A stretch of 64,000 nucleotides of DNA, from positions 2,769 through 66,768 of the forward strand of contig DASTSL010000035.1 in assembly GCA_035760705.1 (NCBI GenBank), given 5' to 3'. Shown in pieces: positions 32,757 through 41,941 of this stretch. The translations under genes were made by a program, and so were the position numbers. Source of the DNA: Meiothermus sp. GTDB taxonomy: Bacteria; Deinococcota; Deinococci; Deinococcales; Thermaceae. The notes under the pieces were generated by a model. The model was not told where the DNA came from. It saw nothing but the letters and a program-made list of their open reading frames with translations, and searched no databases. Within the stretch, counting starts at the first letter, position 1. The number at the start of each line of letters is the position of its first letter.

Positions 32757-34049
32757 ATGAGAACCGCGCGCGGCAAGAAGGCCGCTACCGAACCCACCCC
32801 CCTCTCTTACCAGGAACTCTCCGCCAAGATCCTGCCCGAGCTGCACCTCATCGCGGCCCAACAGGGCATCGAGGACTACAAGAAGATGGGCAAGGACGAC
32901 CTGGTGATGGCCCTGTTGCAACAGGAGGCCACCGGGGAGGGCCTCCGGCTCGCCAAGGGTTATCTCGAGATCAGCTCGGACGGCTACGGCTTCTTGCAGG
33001 AAAACCTCTATAACCTCGAGACCCGCTCGGTCATCGTCTCGGCGGGGCTGATCAAACAGCACCAGCTCCGCACCGGCGACTACGTAGTGGGCAAAGCCCG
33101 CCCCCCCCGCGACAACGAGCGCTACGGCACCCTGATCCGGGTAGAGGCGGTCAACAACCTAGACCCCGAGGCCGCCGCCCGGCGCCCCAAGTTCGACGAG
33201 CTGATCCCCCAGTTCCCCGACCGGCAACTTCGGCTCGAGACCGTGGGCGAGGAGATGTCCACCCGGGTCATCGATCTGCTCTCGCCGATCGGGCGGGGTC
33301 AGCGCGGCCTGATCGTGGCCCCGCCCAAGGCCGGCAAGACCACCCTGCTCAAGAAGATCGCCAAGGCCATCCTCAAAAACGAGCCCGACGTCAAGGTGAT
33401 CGTGCTCCTCATCGACGAGCGCCCCGAGGAGGTCACCGACTTCCGCGAGAGCGTGGAGGGGGCCGAGGTCATCGCCAGCACCTTCGACGAGCCCCCCCAG
33501 AACCACATCCGGGTGGCTGAATTCGTGCACGAACGCTCCCGCCGCATCGTGGAGGAGGGTGGGCACGTGGTGATCCTGCTGGACAGCATCACCCGTTTGG
33601 CGCGTGCAAATAACCTGGTCACGCCGCCTACCGGGCGTACACTATCGGGTGGCTTGGACTCGGCGGCCCTGCACTTCCCCAAACGCTTCTTGGGGGCGGC
33701 CCGCAACATCCGCGGGGGGGGCTCGCTGACCATCCTGGCTACTGCCCTGGTCGAGACTGGCAGCCGCATGGACGACGTGATCTTCGAGGAGTTCAAGGGG
33801 ACCGGCAACATGGAGCTTCAGCTCAACCGCCGTCTCGAGGAGCGCCGCATCTTCCCGGCCATCGACATCTCCAAGTCCTCCACCCGCCGCGAAGAACTCC
33901 TCTTGGGCGAGGAAGTGCTGCAAAAGGTCTGGCTGCTGCGCAAGGTGCTGGCTGACATGGACCCCGCCGAAGCGATGGAGATGCTGCTTTCTCGCCTCTC
34001 CCGCACCAAGAGCAATAAGGAGTTCCTTGCAACTCTGGCCGGAAAGTAG
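32757..34049 (+). CDS. rho: transcription termination factor Rho
   Basis: 430 aa. GYLEISSDGYGFLQ, Walker A APPKAGKT, and RVIDLLSPIGRGQRGLIV. Confidence 0.95.
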   Translation: MRTARGKKAATEPTPLSYQELSAKILPELHLIAAQQGIEDYKKMGKDDLVMALLQQEATGEGLRLAKGYLEISSDGYGFLQENLYNLETRSVIVSAGLIKQHQLRTGDYVVGKARPPRDNERYGTLIRVEAVNNLDPEAAARRPKFDELIPQFPDRQLRLETVGEEMSTRVIDLLSPIGRGQRGLIVAPPKAGKTTLLKKIAKAILKNEPDVKVIVLLIDERPEEVTDFRESVEGAEVIASTFDEPPQNHIRVAEFVHERSRRIVEEGGHVVILLDSITRLARANNLVTPPTGRTLSGGLDSAALHFPKRFLGAARNIRGGGSLTILATALVETGSRMDDVIFEEFKGTGNMELQLNRRLEERRIFPAIDISKSSTRREELLLGEEVLQKVWLLRKVLADMDPAEAMEMLLSRLSRTKSNKEFLATLAGK

Positions 34050-34120
34050 TTATACTCTCGCAGGGTAGCCCAAAGGCTAGCTTGCCAAGCTAGCTAACAC
34101 CACTCCCGGAGGACTCGACT

Positions 34121-35383
34121 TTGCCTACCAACGAATGGTGGAGACTTGCGTTTGCTGGAGCTCTGCTCAACCTTCCTCTGGCCACGCTGGACATCACGAA
34201 AGAGTTGGCTCCCTCGAACGAGGTTGTCTTGGACGCACCCGCCAAAAAAGGTTGGGTGCTTTATACGGTCAAATCGGGGGACACCCTGAGCGCCATCGCC
34301 AGCCGGTACGCGGTGGACCCTCGGGCCATCCTGTGGTCCACTGGGCTCACCAGCCCCGATCTCAAGCCGGGGCAGACCCTACGCATCCCGATCACCGAGC
34401 AGGTCGAGCGCGAGGTGCGCCTTCCGCCGGGGGTACGCGAGTACGTGGTGCAAAGCGGGGACACCCTGCAAACCGTGGCCCGGCGTTTCGGGGTGACTGA
34501 GCTGGACCTGGTCTCAGCCAACCCCAGCCTCTCCAGCCTTGACCGGCTGGCCGAGGGCAGCGTCATCTACATCCCCACCCAGACCAAGGGTCTGCTGGTG
34601 GAGATGGGCAAGGGGCAAAACCTCACCGACTTGGCCGAGCGCTTCGGGGTGCCGGTGCTGACCATCGCCAAGGTCAACGGGGTCAAAGACCCACTCGAGC
34701 TTCGCGCGGGGGATCTGGTGCTCCTGCCGGGCATCCAGGCCCGCACCACCTACGACCGACTCCTGGCCGTGCGCGAGGAGGAGCGCCGCCAGCGCGAGGA
34801 GGAACAGCGCCGGCTGGCCGAGGAGCGCCGCAAGCAGGAGGAGGCCCGCCGTTTGGCCGAACAGCAGCGCCTGGCCGAGCAGCGGCGGCAGCAACTGGCC
34901 CAGGCCCGGGTGCAACGTCAGCGGCAGCAACAGGCCGCGGTGGCCCAGCGCTCTCAGGCGGCGAAATCGCCCACGGTACGCCGGGTCAACTACGAGGCCG
35001 CCGCCAGCGGCTTCCAGTGGCCGCTGGGCAATTTCGTCATCACCACCTATTACGGCTCGAGGGGGGCCTATCAGCGCTTCCACACCGGCGTGGACCTGGC
35101 CGCCCCGATGGGCACCCCCATCTATGCCGCCAAAGAGGGTCAGATCGAGACCGCCGGGTGGAGCAGTTGGGGATATGGACTCCACGTGATCATCGATCAC
35201 GGCTCGGGGGTGGAAACCCTCTACGGACACATGTCCCGCATCGCGGTACAGCCCGGCCAGTTCGTCGAGCGCGGCCAGCTCATCGGCTACGTGGGCTCCA
35301 CCGGCTGGTCTACCGGTCCTCACTGCCACTTCGAGGTCCGAGTGGGCGGGGGAACTCGCAACCCCCTGGCTTACCTCCCCTGA
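34121..35383 (+). CDS. LysM-repeat M23 family metallopeptidase with central Arg/Gln/Glu coiled coil
   Basis: Several LysM repeats (YTVKSGDTLSAIA.., YVVQSGDTLQTVA..) and M23 motifs (HTGVDLAAPMGTPIYAA; GSTGWSTGPHCHFEV). TTG start 8 nt after GGAGG. Confidence 0.85.
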   Translation: MPTNEWWRLAFAGALLNLPLATLDITKELAPSNEVVLDAPAKKGWVLYTVKSGDTLSAIASRYAVDPRAILWSTGLTSPDLKPGQTLRIPITEQVEREVRLPPGVREYVVQSGDTLQTVARRFGVTELDLVSANPSLSSLDRLAEGSVIYIPTQTKGLLVEMGKGQNLTDLAERFGVPVLTIAKVNGVKDPLELRAGDLVLLPGIQARTTYDRLLAVREEERRQREEEQRRLAEERRKQEEARRLAEQQRLAEQRRQQLAQARVQRQRQQQAAVAQRSQAAKSPTVRRVNYEAAASGFQWPLGNFVITTYYGSRGAYQRFHTGVDLAAPMGTPIYAAKEGQIETAGWSSWGYGLHVIIDHGSGVETLYGHMSRIAVQPGQFVERGQLIGYVGSTGWSTGPHCHFEVRVGGGTRNPLAYLP

Positions 35384-35404
35384 TTTTTCCTGCACTCCAT
35401 ACTG

Positions 35405-35430
35405 CGCGCCCCTGTGGGGCGCGGTTTTTT
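35405..35430 (+). terminator. intrinsic terminator after the M23 peptidase gene
   Basis: CGCGCCCC-tgt-GGGGCGCG followed by GTTTTTT. Confidence 0.85.
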
Positions 35431-35929
35431 AGGGGGTCTGACCGTGCGGCTCGGCCTCGAGCCACAGCTCGAGCACCGCGTAGGCCGACCCCAACAGCAA
35501 GACCCCCAGCGAGGCCGGGACCGCCAGCCCCACCCCGGCGAAGATCTGCTGGAAGTGGGACAACGGCGAGAGGTAAAGCGCCACCGGGAGCGCTCCCAAG
35601 CTGGTAGCGAGCAGCAGCCCCAAGGCCAGCCGGGGCCCTTCCTGCAGGGCTATCATCATCGCCAGGACGCTCAGCATGATCACCGTCCACATGGCCAGCA
35701 CCAAGACCCCGTGGGCGGCGGCCAGGTAGGGGTTCTTGGGGATCGCCGCCACCACCACCGCCCCCAAAAGCCAGGTCGAGAAGCTGGGGACGTAGCCGAA
35801 GCCCAGCCCTATCAAAGAAAGCTGCCGCCGCACCGCTGCCCCGGTCAGCCGGTGGGGCAGCCGGTAAAGTGACAGCAGCAGCAGGATGCTCACCGGCGCC
35901 TGCAACCACAACCACTCGCCCGTGAACAT
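35429..35929 (-). CDS. hypothetical integral membrane protein
   Basis: 166-aa ORF with about 5 hydrophobic segments. I recognise no family. Confidence 0.55.
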   Translation of the reverse strand: MFTGEWLWLQAPVSILLLLSLYRLPHRLTGAAVRRQLSLIGLGFGYVPSFSTWLLGAVVVAAIPKNPYLAAAHGVLVLAMWTVIMLSVLAMMIALQEGPRLALGLLLATSLGALPVALYLSPLSHFQQIFAGVGLAVPASLGVLLLGSAYAVLELWLEAEPHGQTP

Positions 35930-36048
35930 GCCTGTAGTGTGGGGGCCAACCGGGCTTGGGGTTGTTGACTACCACAAATCGTGGGCATTGTCGCCTCGAG
36001 CCGTGCTTTTAGCCCTGCTGGGTGATAGATTAGAGCACGGAGGAAGTG

Positions 36049-36960
36049 ATGGAGAAAGGCACCCTACGTGTAAAGACCGGCTTCGCCGAGATGTTCAAGG
36101 GCGGAGTGATCATGGACGTGATGAACCCCGACCAAGCCCGCATCGCTGAGGACGCTGGGGCCACCGCAGTGATGGCCCTCGAGCGCATCCCCGCCGATAT
36201 CCGGGCCCAAGGCGGGGTAGCCCGGATGTCCGACCCGGAGATGATTGAGAAGATCAAGGAGGCGGTCTCTATTCCCGTGATGGCCAAGGTGCGCATCGGG
36301 CACATCGTGGAGGCGCAGATCCTCGAGGCCATCGGGGTGGACTTTATCGACGAATCCGAGGTGCTGACCCCCGCCGACGAGGCCTACCACATCAACAAAT
36401 GGGACTTTAAGGTGCCCTTCGTCTGTGGGGCCACCAACATCGGCGAGGCCCTGCGCCGGATCGGCGAGGGGGCTTCGATGATCCGCACCAAAGGCGAGGC
36501 CGGGACCGGCAACGTGGTGGAGGCCGTGCGCCACGCTCGCAGCGTGCTCGGGGCCATCCGCCAGATCCAGGCCATGCCCCGCGAAGAACTGATGACCTTC
36601 GCCAAGGAGAACGGGGCTCCCTATGACCTCGTGGTGTGGGTCCACGAGAACGGCAAGCTGCCGGTGGTGAACTTCGCCGCCGGGGGGGTGGCCACCCCCG
36701 CCGACGCCGCCCTGATGATGCAGCTTGGGATGGACGGGGTGTTTGTGGGCTCGGGCATCTTCAAGTCGGGGGCCAGCCTCTCCGAGGCCGAGAAGCCCAA
36801 AGCCTGGTTCCGCCGGGCCAACGCCATCGTCAAGGCGGTCACCCACTACAACGATCCCGCCGTGCTGGCCGAGGTCTCTCGCGGTTTGGGCGAGGCCATG
36901 GTGGGCATCAACCTGGATTATCTGGCCGAAGAAGAAAGGCTCGCCAAGCGCGGGTGGTAG
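36049..36960 (+). CDS. pdxS: pyridoxal 5'-phosphate synthase, lyase subunit
   Basis: [36 protein letters not shown]... and the C-terminal [16 protein letters not shown]. Confidence 0.95.
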   Translation: MEKGTLRVKTGFAEMFKGGVIMDVMNPDQARIAEDAGATAVMALERIPADIRAQGGVARMSDPEMIEKIKEAVSIPVMAKVRIGHIVEAQILEAIGVDFIDESEVLTPADEAYHINKWDFKVPFVCGATNIGEALRRIGEGASMIRTKGEAGTGNVVEAVRHARSVLGAIRQIQAMPREELMTFAKENGAPYDLVVWVHENGKLPVVNFAAGGVATPADAALMMQLGMDGVFVGSGIFKSGASLSEAEKPKAWFRRANAIVKAVTHYNDPAVLAEVSRGLGEAMVGINLDYLAEEERLAKRGW

Positions 36961-36988
36961 AGCAAGGGCTTAGAGGGCAGCGCCGAGG

Positions 36989-37012
36989 GGTCAGGGAGAT
37001 CAATCCCTGACC
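36989..37012. repeat. 9-bp stem hairpin GGTCAGGGA-gatcaa-TCCCTGACC in the pdxS-pdxT spacer
   Basis: Read directly. Confidence 0.7.
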
Positions 37013-37166
37013 CTAAAGCTTTGAGCCGCCTCGCTCTCAGCTATCAGCACTACCAGGGCCATTGGCGATTGCCGCCTAGGGCTGGTTTGCCTCTTGATCG
37101 GCCCACCTTAAAGATTGCTATTGGCGGTTTTCGGAGCGGGCCTTTTGTCAACCTGACCCTTGACTC

Positions 37167-37187
37167 CAGACCCTAGACCCTAGACGA
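37167..37187. repeat. heptamer tandem repeat CAGACCC-TAGACCC-TAGACGA
   Basis: Read directly, immediately upstream of pdxT. Confidence 0.7.
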
Positions 37188-37189
37188 TA

Positions 37190-37768
37190 TTGGGCGTGAA
37201 GATCGGGGTTCTCGCCCTTCAGGGCGATTTTCGTGAGCATAAACTGATGCTGCAAAACCTGGGGGTGGAAGCCCCTGAGGTGCGCAAGAAGGAACATCTC
37301 GAGGGCCTTTCCGGCCTCATCGTGCCGGGTGGGGAATCCACCACCATCGGCAAGCTGGCCCGTGAGTACGGCATTGACGAAGCCGTGCGTAGCCGGGTCG
37401 AAGCGGGGAGCCTGGCAGTGTGGGGAACCTGCGCCGGGGCCATCTGGCTGGCCAAGGAGATTATCGGTTACCCCGAGCAGCCCCGGGCCGGTCTGCTCGA
37501 TATCGCCATCCACCGCAACGCCTTCGGGCGGCAGGTGGACTCCTTCGAGGAACCGCTCGAGATCAAAGGCTTCGAGGCTCCCTTCCACGCGGTCTTTATC
37601 CGCGCCCCGGTGATCGAGAAGGTGGGTCCGGGGGTCGATGTGCTGGCGCGGGAGAAGGATCAGGTGGTGCTGGTGCGCAGCGGAAAGCTGATGGCCTCGA
37701 GCTTCCACCCCGAACTCACCGGGGATAGCCGGCTGCATCAACTTTTCGTGGAGATGTCTAAAGAATAA
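37190..37768 (+). CDS. pdxT: pyridoxal 5'-phosphate synthase, glutaminase subunit
   Basis: KIGVLALQGDFREH, GLIVPGGESTT, the GTCAG catalytic Cys region and SFHPE. Start is TTG 37190 or GTG 37196. Confidence 0.9.
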   Translation: MGVKIGVLALQGDFREHKLMLQNLGVEAPEVRKKEHLEGLSGLIVPGGESTTIGKLAREYGIDEAVRSRVEAGSLAVWGTCAGAIWLAKEIIGYPEQPRAGLLDIAIHRNAFGRQVDSFEEPLEIKGFEAPFHAVFIRAPVIEKVGPGVDVLAREKDQVVLVRSGKLMASSFHPELTGDSRLHQLFVEMSKE

Positions 37769-37769
37769 A

Positions 37770-37812
37770 TCCTTCACGAGCAGAATTTATCGTGGCTAAT
37801 TTCACATAAAGC
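37770..37812 (+). repeat. AT-rich dispersed element, copy c
   Basis: tccTTCACGAGcagaatttaTCGTGGctaatTTCACataaag, beginning 2 nt after the pdxT stop. Confidence 0.7.
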
Positions 37813-37992
37813 CCACGCTGATCTTAACGAGGAAATGGTGTTTGCGTAGGAGCGCTCCGGGGGCTCTCGGCGTGGTGCAACACTAACACCCCTCAGCCTG
37901 TCATCGGCCTTCCGAGCGCTGGGGGCCTTCGTCCTTTGGTACAAGGAAACCCGGGTCACTCGAGGTCAAACTACAGCTCGGAGGTGAACGTG

Positions 37993-38415
37993 ATGTTCAA
38001 ACGCTTGATTCCAGTTATCGTCAGCACCGTGTTTGTTTCGGCCATCGCCTTTGCGCAAAACGTCCAGGTAGACGCTTACTTGGGCGGGGGCCAGCTCCAG
38101 GCGGGTGGGGCTTTCGGCTACAAGGTTTACGACCTCGGCCAGGACCTGGGGATTGCCGAACTCCCGCTCTACGCCCGGGTGGGCGCCGCGATGGGGGCGG
38201 CCCAGAGCCGCTTCACCCTGGGGGTGGACGCGCAATCCCCCCAGGTGGTGGGCCTCTGGCGCTTCGACGCGGGCGCCGGGGTGGAGTTTACCACCCACAA
38301 CTCGGCCTTCGCGCCTTACCTCAGGCTGGGGACTCAGTTTTGGGTGTTCTTCGGGGATCTGGACTTCTCGACCCAGACGACCACCTACCGAGCAGGGCTG
38401 CGCCTCGACTTCTGA
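37993..38415 (+). CDS. small putative outer-membrane beta-barrel protein
   Basis: Signal peptide MFKRLIPVIVSTVFVSAIAFAQ, alternating Gly/aromatic-rich strands and a C-terminal ..GLRLDF. SD GGAGGTG. Confidence 0.55.
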   Translation: MFKRLIPVIVSTVFVSAIAFAQNVQVDAYLGGGQLQAGGAFGYKVYDLGQDLGIAELPLYARVGAAMGAAQSRFTLGVDAQSPQVVGLWRFDAGAGVEFTTHNSAFAPYLRLGTQFWVFFGDLDFSTQTTTYRAGLRLDF

Positions 38416-38439
38416 GTCGGGGGTAGTTCGATAACCTCG

Positions 38440-38462
38440 AGCGCGCCCGATTCGGGCGCGCT
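38440..38462. terminator. perfect 11+1+11 palindrome between convergent genes (bidirectional terminator candidate)
   Basis: AGCGCGCCCGA-T-TCGGGCGCGCT, then GCTTTC on the plus strand. Confidence 0.65.
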
Positions 38463-38481
38463 GCTTTCATGCTTAAGGCGG

Positions 38482-39807
38482 CTAGGGCCGCATCCGGGTG
38501 TACATGCGGGGGAAGGGGATGGCCTCGCGGATGTGCTCGATGCCGCAGATCCAGCGCACCGTGCGCTCGAGGCCGATCCCGAAGCCTGAGTGGGGCACCG
38601 TGCCAAAAAAGCGCAGGTCCAGGTACCAGTCGAAGACCTCCTCGGGCAGTTGGTGTTCCCGAATCTTTTGCAAGAGGAGTTCGGGGTCGTGGATGCGTTG
38701 GCTCCCACCGATGATCTCCCCCACGCCCTCGGGGGCCAGCATGTCCGCACCCAGGATCAGACGGGGGTCTTCGGGGTCGGGCTCCATGTAGAAAGCTTTG
38801 ATGGCGGCGGGGAACTTCTCCACGAAGATCGGGCGGTCGAACTGGCTGGTCAGGGCGGCCTCGTGGGGGGCACCGAAGTCGTCGCCCCACTGCAGGGGCT
38901 GTAGCTCGAGTTCGGGTCGCTCCCGGGCGATCTCGTTCACCATCTCTACGGCCTGGGTGTAGTGGATGCGTGGGTAATTCCCCTGGGCGGTGGTTTGCAA
39001 GAGCGTGGTGTCCCGCTCGAGCAGCTCTAACTCGCGCTTCTTCTCCTCCAGGACCCGGCCCACCAGGTAGGCCACCAGATCTTCTTGGAGCTGCATATTC
39101 TCCTCGTGGGTCATGAAGGCTACCTCCGGCTCGATCATCCAGAACTCAAGCAGGTGACGGCGGGTCTTGCTCCGCTCAGCGCGGAAGGTCGGTCCGAAGG
39201 TATAGACCTTGCCGAAGGCCATCGCCCCGGCCTCGGCGTAGAGCTGACCCGACTGCGCAAGATAGGCCTTCTCCCCGTCGAACAGGTCCACCTCGAAGAG
39301 GTCGGTGGTGCCCTCCACCGCGTTGGGGGTGAGGATCGGGGTGTCCATCCGGATAAAGCCGCGCTCACCGAAGAAGTCGTGGATGGCCCGCTCGATCTCG
39401 TCACGCACCCGGAGCACCGCCCAGGCCCGGCGGTGGCGCAAGTAAAGATGGCGGTGGTCCATCAAAAAGTCCACCCCGTGCTCTTTGGGGGTGATGGGGT
39501 ACTCTTTGCTCGGCAGGCTGATGACCTCCAGGCTCCGTACCCCCAGCTCGTAGCCGCCGGGGGCGCGGGAATCGGCCTTGACTATTCCCGTCACCTCGAG
39601 GGCCGCCTCCTGCGGTAGGTGGTCGGCCTGCTCGAACTGTTCGTCGGGAAGTTCCCCTTTGAACACGGTCGCCTGGAGGAAGCCGGTGCCGTCGCGCAGG
39701 GTGAGAAAATGGATCTTGCCTTTGCTGCGGCGGCCCATGACCCAGCCCCGGATCAGGATTTCCTGGCCTTCGTACTTGCTGATCTCCTCGATAAAAACCC
39801 GTCGCAT
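38482..39807 (-). CDS. asnS: asparaginyl-tRNA synthetase
   Basis: 441 aa. The OB-fold N-terminus ([29 protein letters not shown]) and class IIb motifs (FRAERS..; GFGIGLER) are present. Confidence 0.95.
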   Translation of the reverse strand: MRRVFIEEISKYEGQEILIRGWVMGRRSKGKIHFLTLRDGTGFLQATVFKGELPDEQFEQADHLPQEAALEVTGIVKADSRAPGGYELGVRSLEVISLPSKEYPITPKEHGVDFLMDHRHLYLRHRRAWAVLRVRDEIERAIHDFFGERGFIRMDTPILTPNAVEGTTDLFEVDLFDGEKAYLAQSGQLYAEAGAMAFGKVYTFGPTFRAERSKTRRHLLEFWMIEPEVAFMTHEENMQLQEDLVAYLVGRVLEEKKRELELLERDTTLLQTTAQGNYPRIHYTQAVEMVNEIARERPELELQPLQWGDDFGAPHEAALTSQFDRPIFVEKFPAAIKAFYMEPDPEDPRLILGADMLAPEGVGEIIGGSQRIHDPELLLQKIREHQLPEEVFDWYLDLRFFGTVPHSGFGIGLERTVRWICGIEHIREAIPFPRMYTRMRP

Positions 39808-39899
39808 ACCTTCAAGAGTCTATCGCATCCCCTGGGCAACCTCCGACCTCTGCCAGCGGTAAAGGTAAAACTGGAGGGTCAAGAGGTAAAGGCTCAGGC

Positions 39900-40386
39900 C
39901 TAGCACGGCGACCTCGAGCCCCCTCCCCCCAAGATCGCCCCGGCATTCGCAGCCAGCATCCCGGCAAACCCGGCCTGCACCGTGGCCCGGCGCAACACGT
40001 CAGCCAGGTACTCGTCCCAGATCGAGGGGGTTCCCGGCAAGAGTTCGATCACCAAGGCGACTACCCCGACCAAAACCAGCGGATGCCCGTGCCCGCTCAG
40101 GTAGAGAAAGGCCAGCGCCCCGGCTACGAGCGTGAGCAGGCTACGCCGAGAGGGCAGCGGACTGATCCGATTCTCGATCTTGACCCCCCCCGATTTGTAC
40201 CGAGGAGTTATGAGGCTCTTTCGAGGTGACATAAGTAAGCAGGCTCGAGGCGATGAGCAAGATCACCACCATCGTCCAGGCCACGAAGAGGGCGGTCGTG
40301 TAACCGCCGTACTGCCAAACGATGAGCGCGATTATCAGGATGAGGGGAAACTCCAGGTTGATCCCAAACCTGGGCTTATCGGACAC
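39900..40386 (-). pseudogene. membrane protein apparently split by a frameshift at a G8 (plus-strand C8) run
   Basis: The 81-aa ORF (40141-40386) and 110-aa ORF (39900-40232) overlap in different frames. Removing one G from the run at 40184-40191 joins them into one ~160-aa 4-TM protein. The downstream ORF has no SD. Confidence 0.4.
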
Positions 40387-40603
40387 GCTGCACCTCCGAC
40401 TTCGAAGTGGGGGATTCGTCTTCGAAGATGTCTTCGATGGTCAGCCCGAACACCCGGGCGATTTTGAACGCCAGGGGCAGGCTGGGGTCATACTTCCCGG
40501 TCTCGATGGTGTTGACGGTTTGGCGGGAAACGTCTAAGCGTTCCGCCAGGTCGGCCTGGCTCCAGCCGCGCTCGGCCCGTAGAACCCGCAGATGGTTTTT
40601 CAT
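40376..40603 (-). CDS. XRE-family (Cro/C1-type) helix-turn-helix transcriptional regulator
   Basis: MKNHLRVLRAERGWSQADLAERLDVSRQTVNTIETGKYDPSLPLAFKIARVFG. Start trimmed from the 151-aa track ORF. ATGA overlap with the upstream gene. Confidence 0.85.
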   Translation of the reverse strand: MKNHLRVLRAERGWSQADLAERLDVSRQTVNTIETGKYDPSLPLAFKIARVFGLTIEDIFEDESPTSKSEVQRVR

Positions 40604-40950
40604 CGGTAGCGCCGGTAGGCCATCACCAGCCCTACCGCCCTCGAGAGCGCCAGCATGGCCCAGACCGCGAACATCGGAACCTTGGGGAACCCGGCGAACT
40701 CCTCGAGAAACCCGTAGCCAAAAGTCAGTAGGGTGATGGGCACGACTGCGAAGGTAAGCGCTTCGACCTGAATCTTTTGATCGAGTTCGTCCAGACGGGC
40801 GATGAGCCGGAAAAGGTTCTGTAAGGCCCACATCACGAAGACCACCGGGATCAGCGCCAGGGCCACCGTCTGCCAGGAGGTTTGCACCCCGATGATCCGC
40901 GCAAGTAGTAAAAAACTCGGCAGCAAAACCAGATAAGCCACCAATCCCAT
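40600..40950 (-). CDS. hypothetical membrane protein, first gene of the XRE operon
   Basis: 116-aa ORF with 3-4 hydrophobic segments, translationally coupled to the HTH gene. Confidence 0.6.
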   Translation of the reverse strand: MGLVAYLVLLPSFLLLARIIGVQTSWQTVALALIPVVFVMWALQNLFRLIARLDELDQKIQVEALTFAVVPITLLTFGYGFLEEFAGFPKVPMFAVWAMLALSRAVGLVMAYRRYR

Positions 40951-41031
40951 CAGCAGGGGGTGAAGGGGCTAACCATAGGCTACCTCGAGCCGATCCCCCT
41001 GATTTCCAATGTTCAACCGCCTATTTTTCAC

Positions 41032-41055
41032 AGATGTCAAGCCTCCTTGACATCT
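41032..41055. promoter_or_regulatory. operator-like perfect palindrome AGATGTCAAG-cctc-CTTGACATCT
   Basis: Read directly, upstream of the membrane/XRE operon. Confidence 0.6.
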
Positions 41056-41056
41056 A

Positions 41057-41097
41057 TATGTAAAACAAACCCGTCTAAGTGTCAAGTTTGCTTGACA
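41057..41097 (-). promoter_or_regulatory. second palindrome TGTCAAG-tttg-CTTGACA (41080-41097), supplying a -35 TTGACA for a TTGACA-N17-TACATA promoter on the minus strand
   Basis: Read directly. The -10 is the reverse complement of 41057-41062. Confidence 0.5.
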
Positions 41098-41104
41098 AAC
41101 CGGT

Positions 41105-41941
41105 TTAGGTCAGCCAGTTGCGGTAGGTGATTTCGGCGATCCGACCGATCAGCAGGATGGCCGGGTGGTCGGGGTAGAAGCGGGGGTCGGTTTCGGTCTT
41201 GGTGAGGACGGTTATCACCGCCGCCTGGTCTCCCTTTGCCAGAATCCCCGCGTCATGGCGGCAACAGCGGATCTCGCCCGACTTCGAGTAGAGCTTGAGC
41301 GGGGTAGTGCCTTCTTCAAGATCATCCAGGTCCGCCGGGATGTAGCGCAGAAAGCTGGTGAGCTGCTGCCTGGAGAGAATATCGAGGGCGGTCTGGGTGG
41401 CCGGGGGCTCGAGCAACTCCCCCCGCCACAGCGACTTCAAGATGGCCGCCTGGTCGCGGGCACTGGTCCGGCTGAAATCCCCTTTTTCGCGTTTCGGGTC
41501 GGGCCGGTCCTCGGGCAACGAAAGCATCCCGGCGGTATGGGTCTCGAGCCAGCCGTGTCCGTGATAGTAACGGTTGAACGGCTCCTTGTGCCCGAATAAA
41601 TCCAGCGTCACGTTGGTGGCGGTGTTGTCGCTCACCACGATCATCAGCGTCAAGATGTCGCGCAAGGGCAGCGCCAAGCCCGGCGAGAGGTCTTTGAGGA
41701 TGCCCGAGCCGAGCGCTACGGTTTCGGGTCGGATGGGGATTTTTTGCTCGAGGTCGGCCCCCGTCGAAAGTGCGTAGCAGAGCATGGGTAGCTTGATGGT
41801 GCTGGCCGCGTAAAAGGGTCGGGCCTCCTGGTGGGCGAAGCGCTCCCCGCTGGCTAGGTTCTCTAGCACCACCCCCACCTCGCCGGGAAAACCGGCGATC
41901 AGCATTTGGATCTCCTCAACGAACTGTTCAGCGGGTGGCAT
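41105..41941 (-). CDS. class A beta-lactamase-related serine hydrolase
   Basis: ASTIK (SxxK) and VSDN (SDN) motifs. 278 aa. Confidence 0.8.
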   Translation of the reverse strand: MPPAEQFVEEIQMLIAGFPGEVGVVLENLASGERFAHQEARPFYAASTIKLPMLCYALSTGADLEQKIPIRPETVALGSGILKDLSPGLALPLRDILTLMIVVSDNTATNVTLDLFGHKEPFNRYYHGHGWLETHTAGMLSLPEDRPDPKREKGDFSRTSARDQAAILKSLWRGELLEPPATQTALDILSRQQLTSFLRYIPADLDDLEEGTTPLKLYSKSGEIRCCRHDAGILAKGDQAAVITVLTKTETDPRFYPDHPAILLIGRIAEITYRNWLT

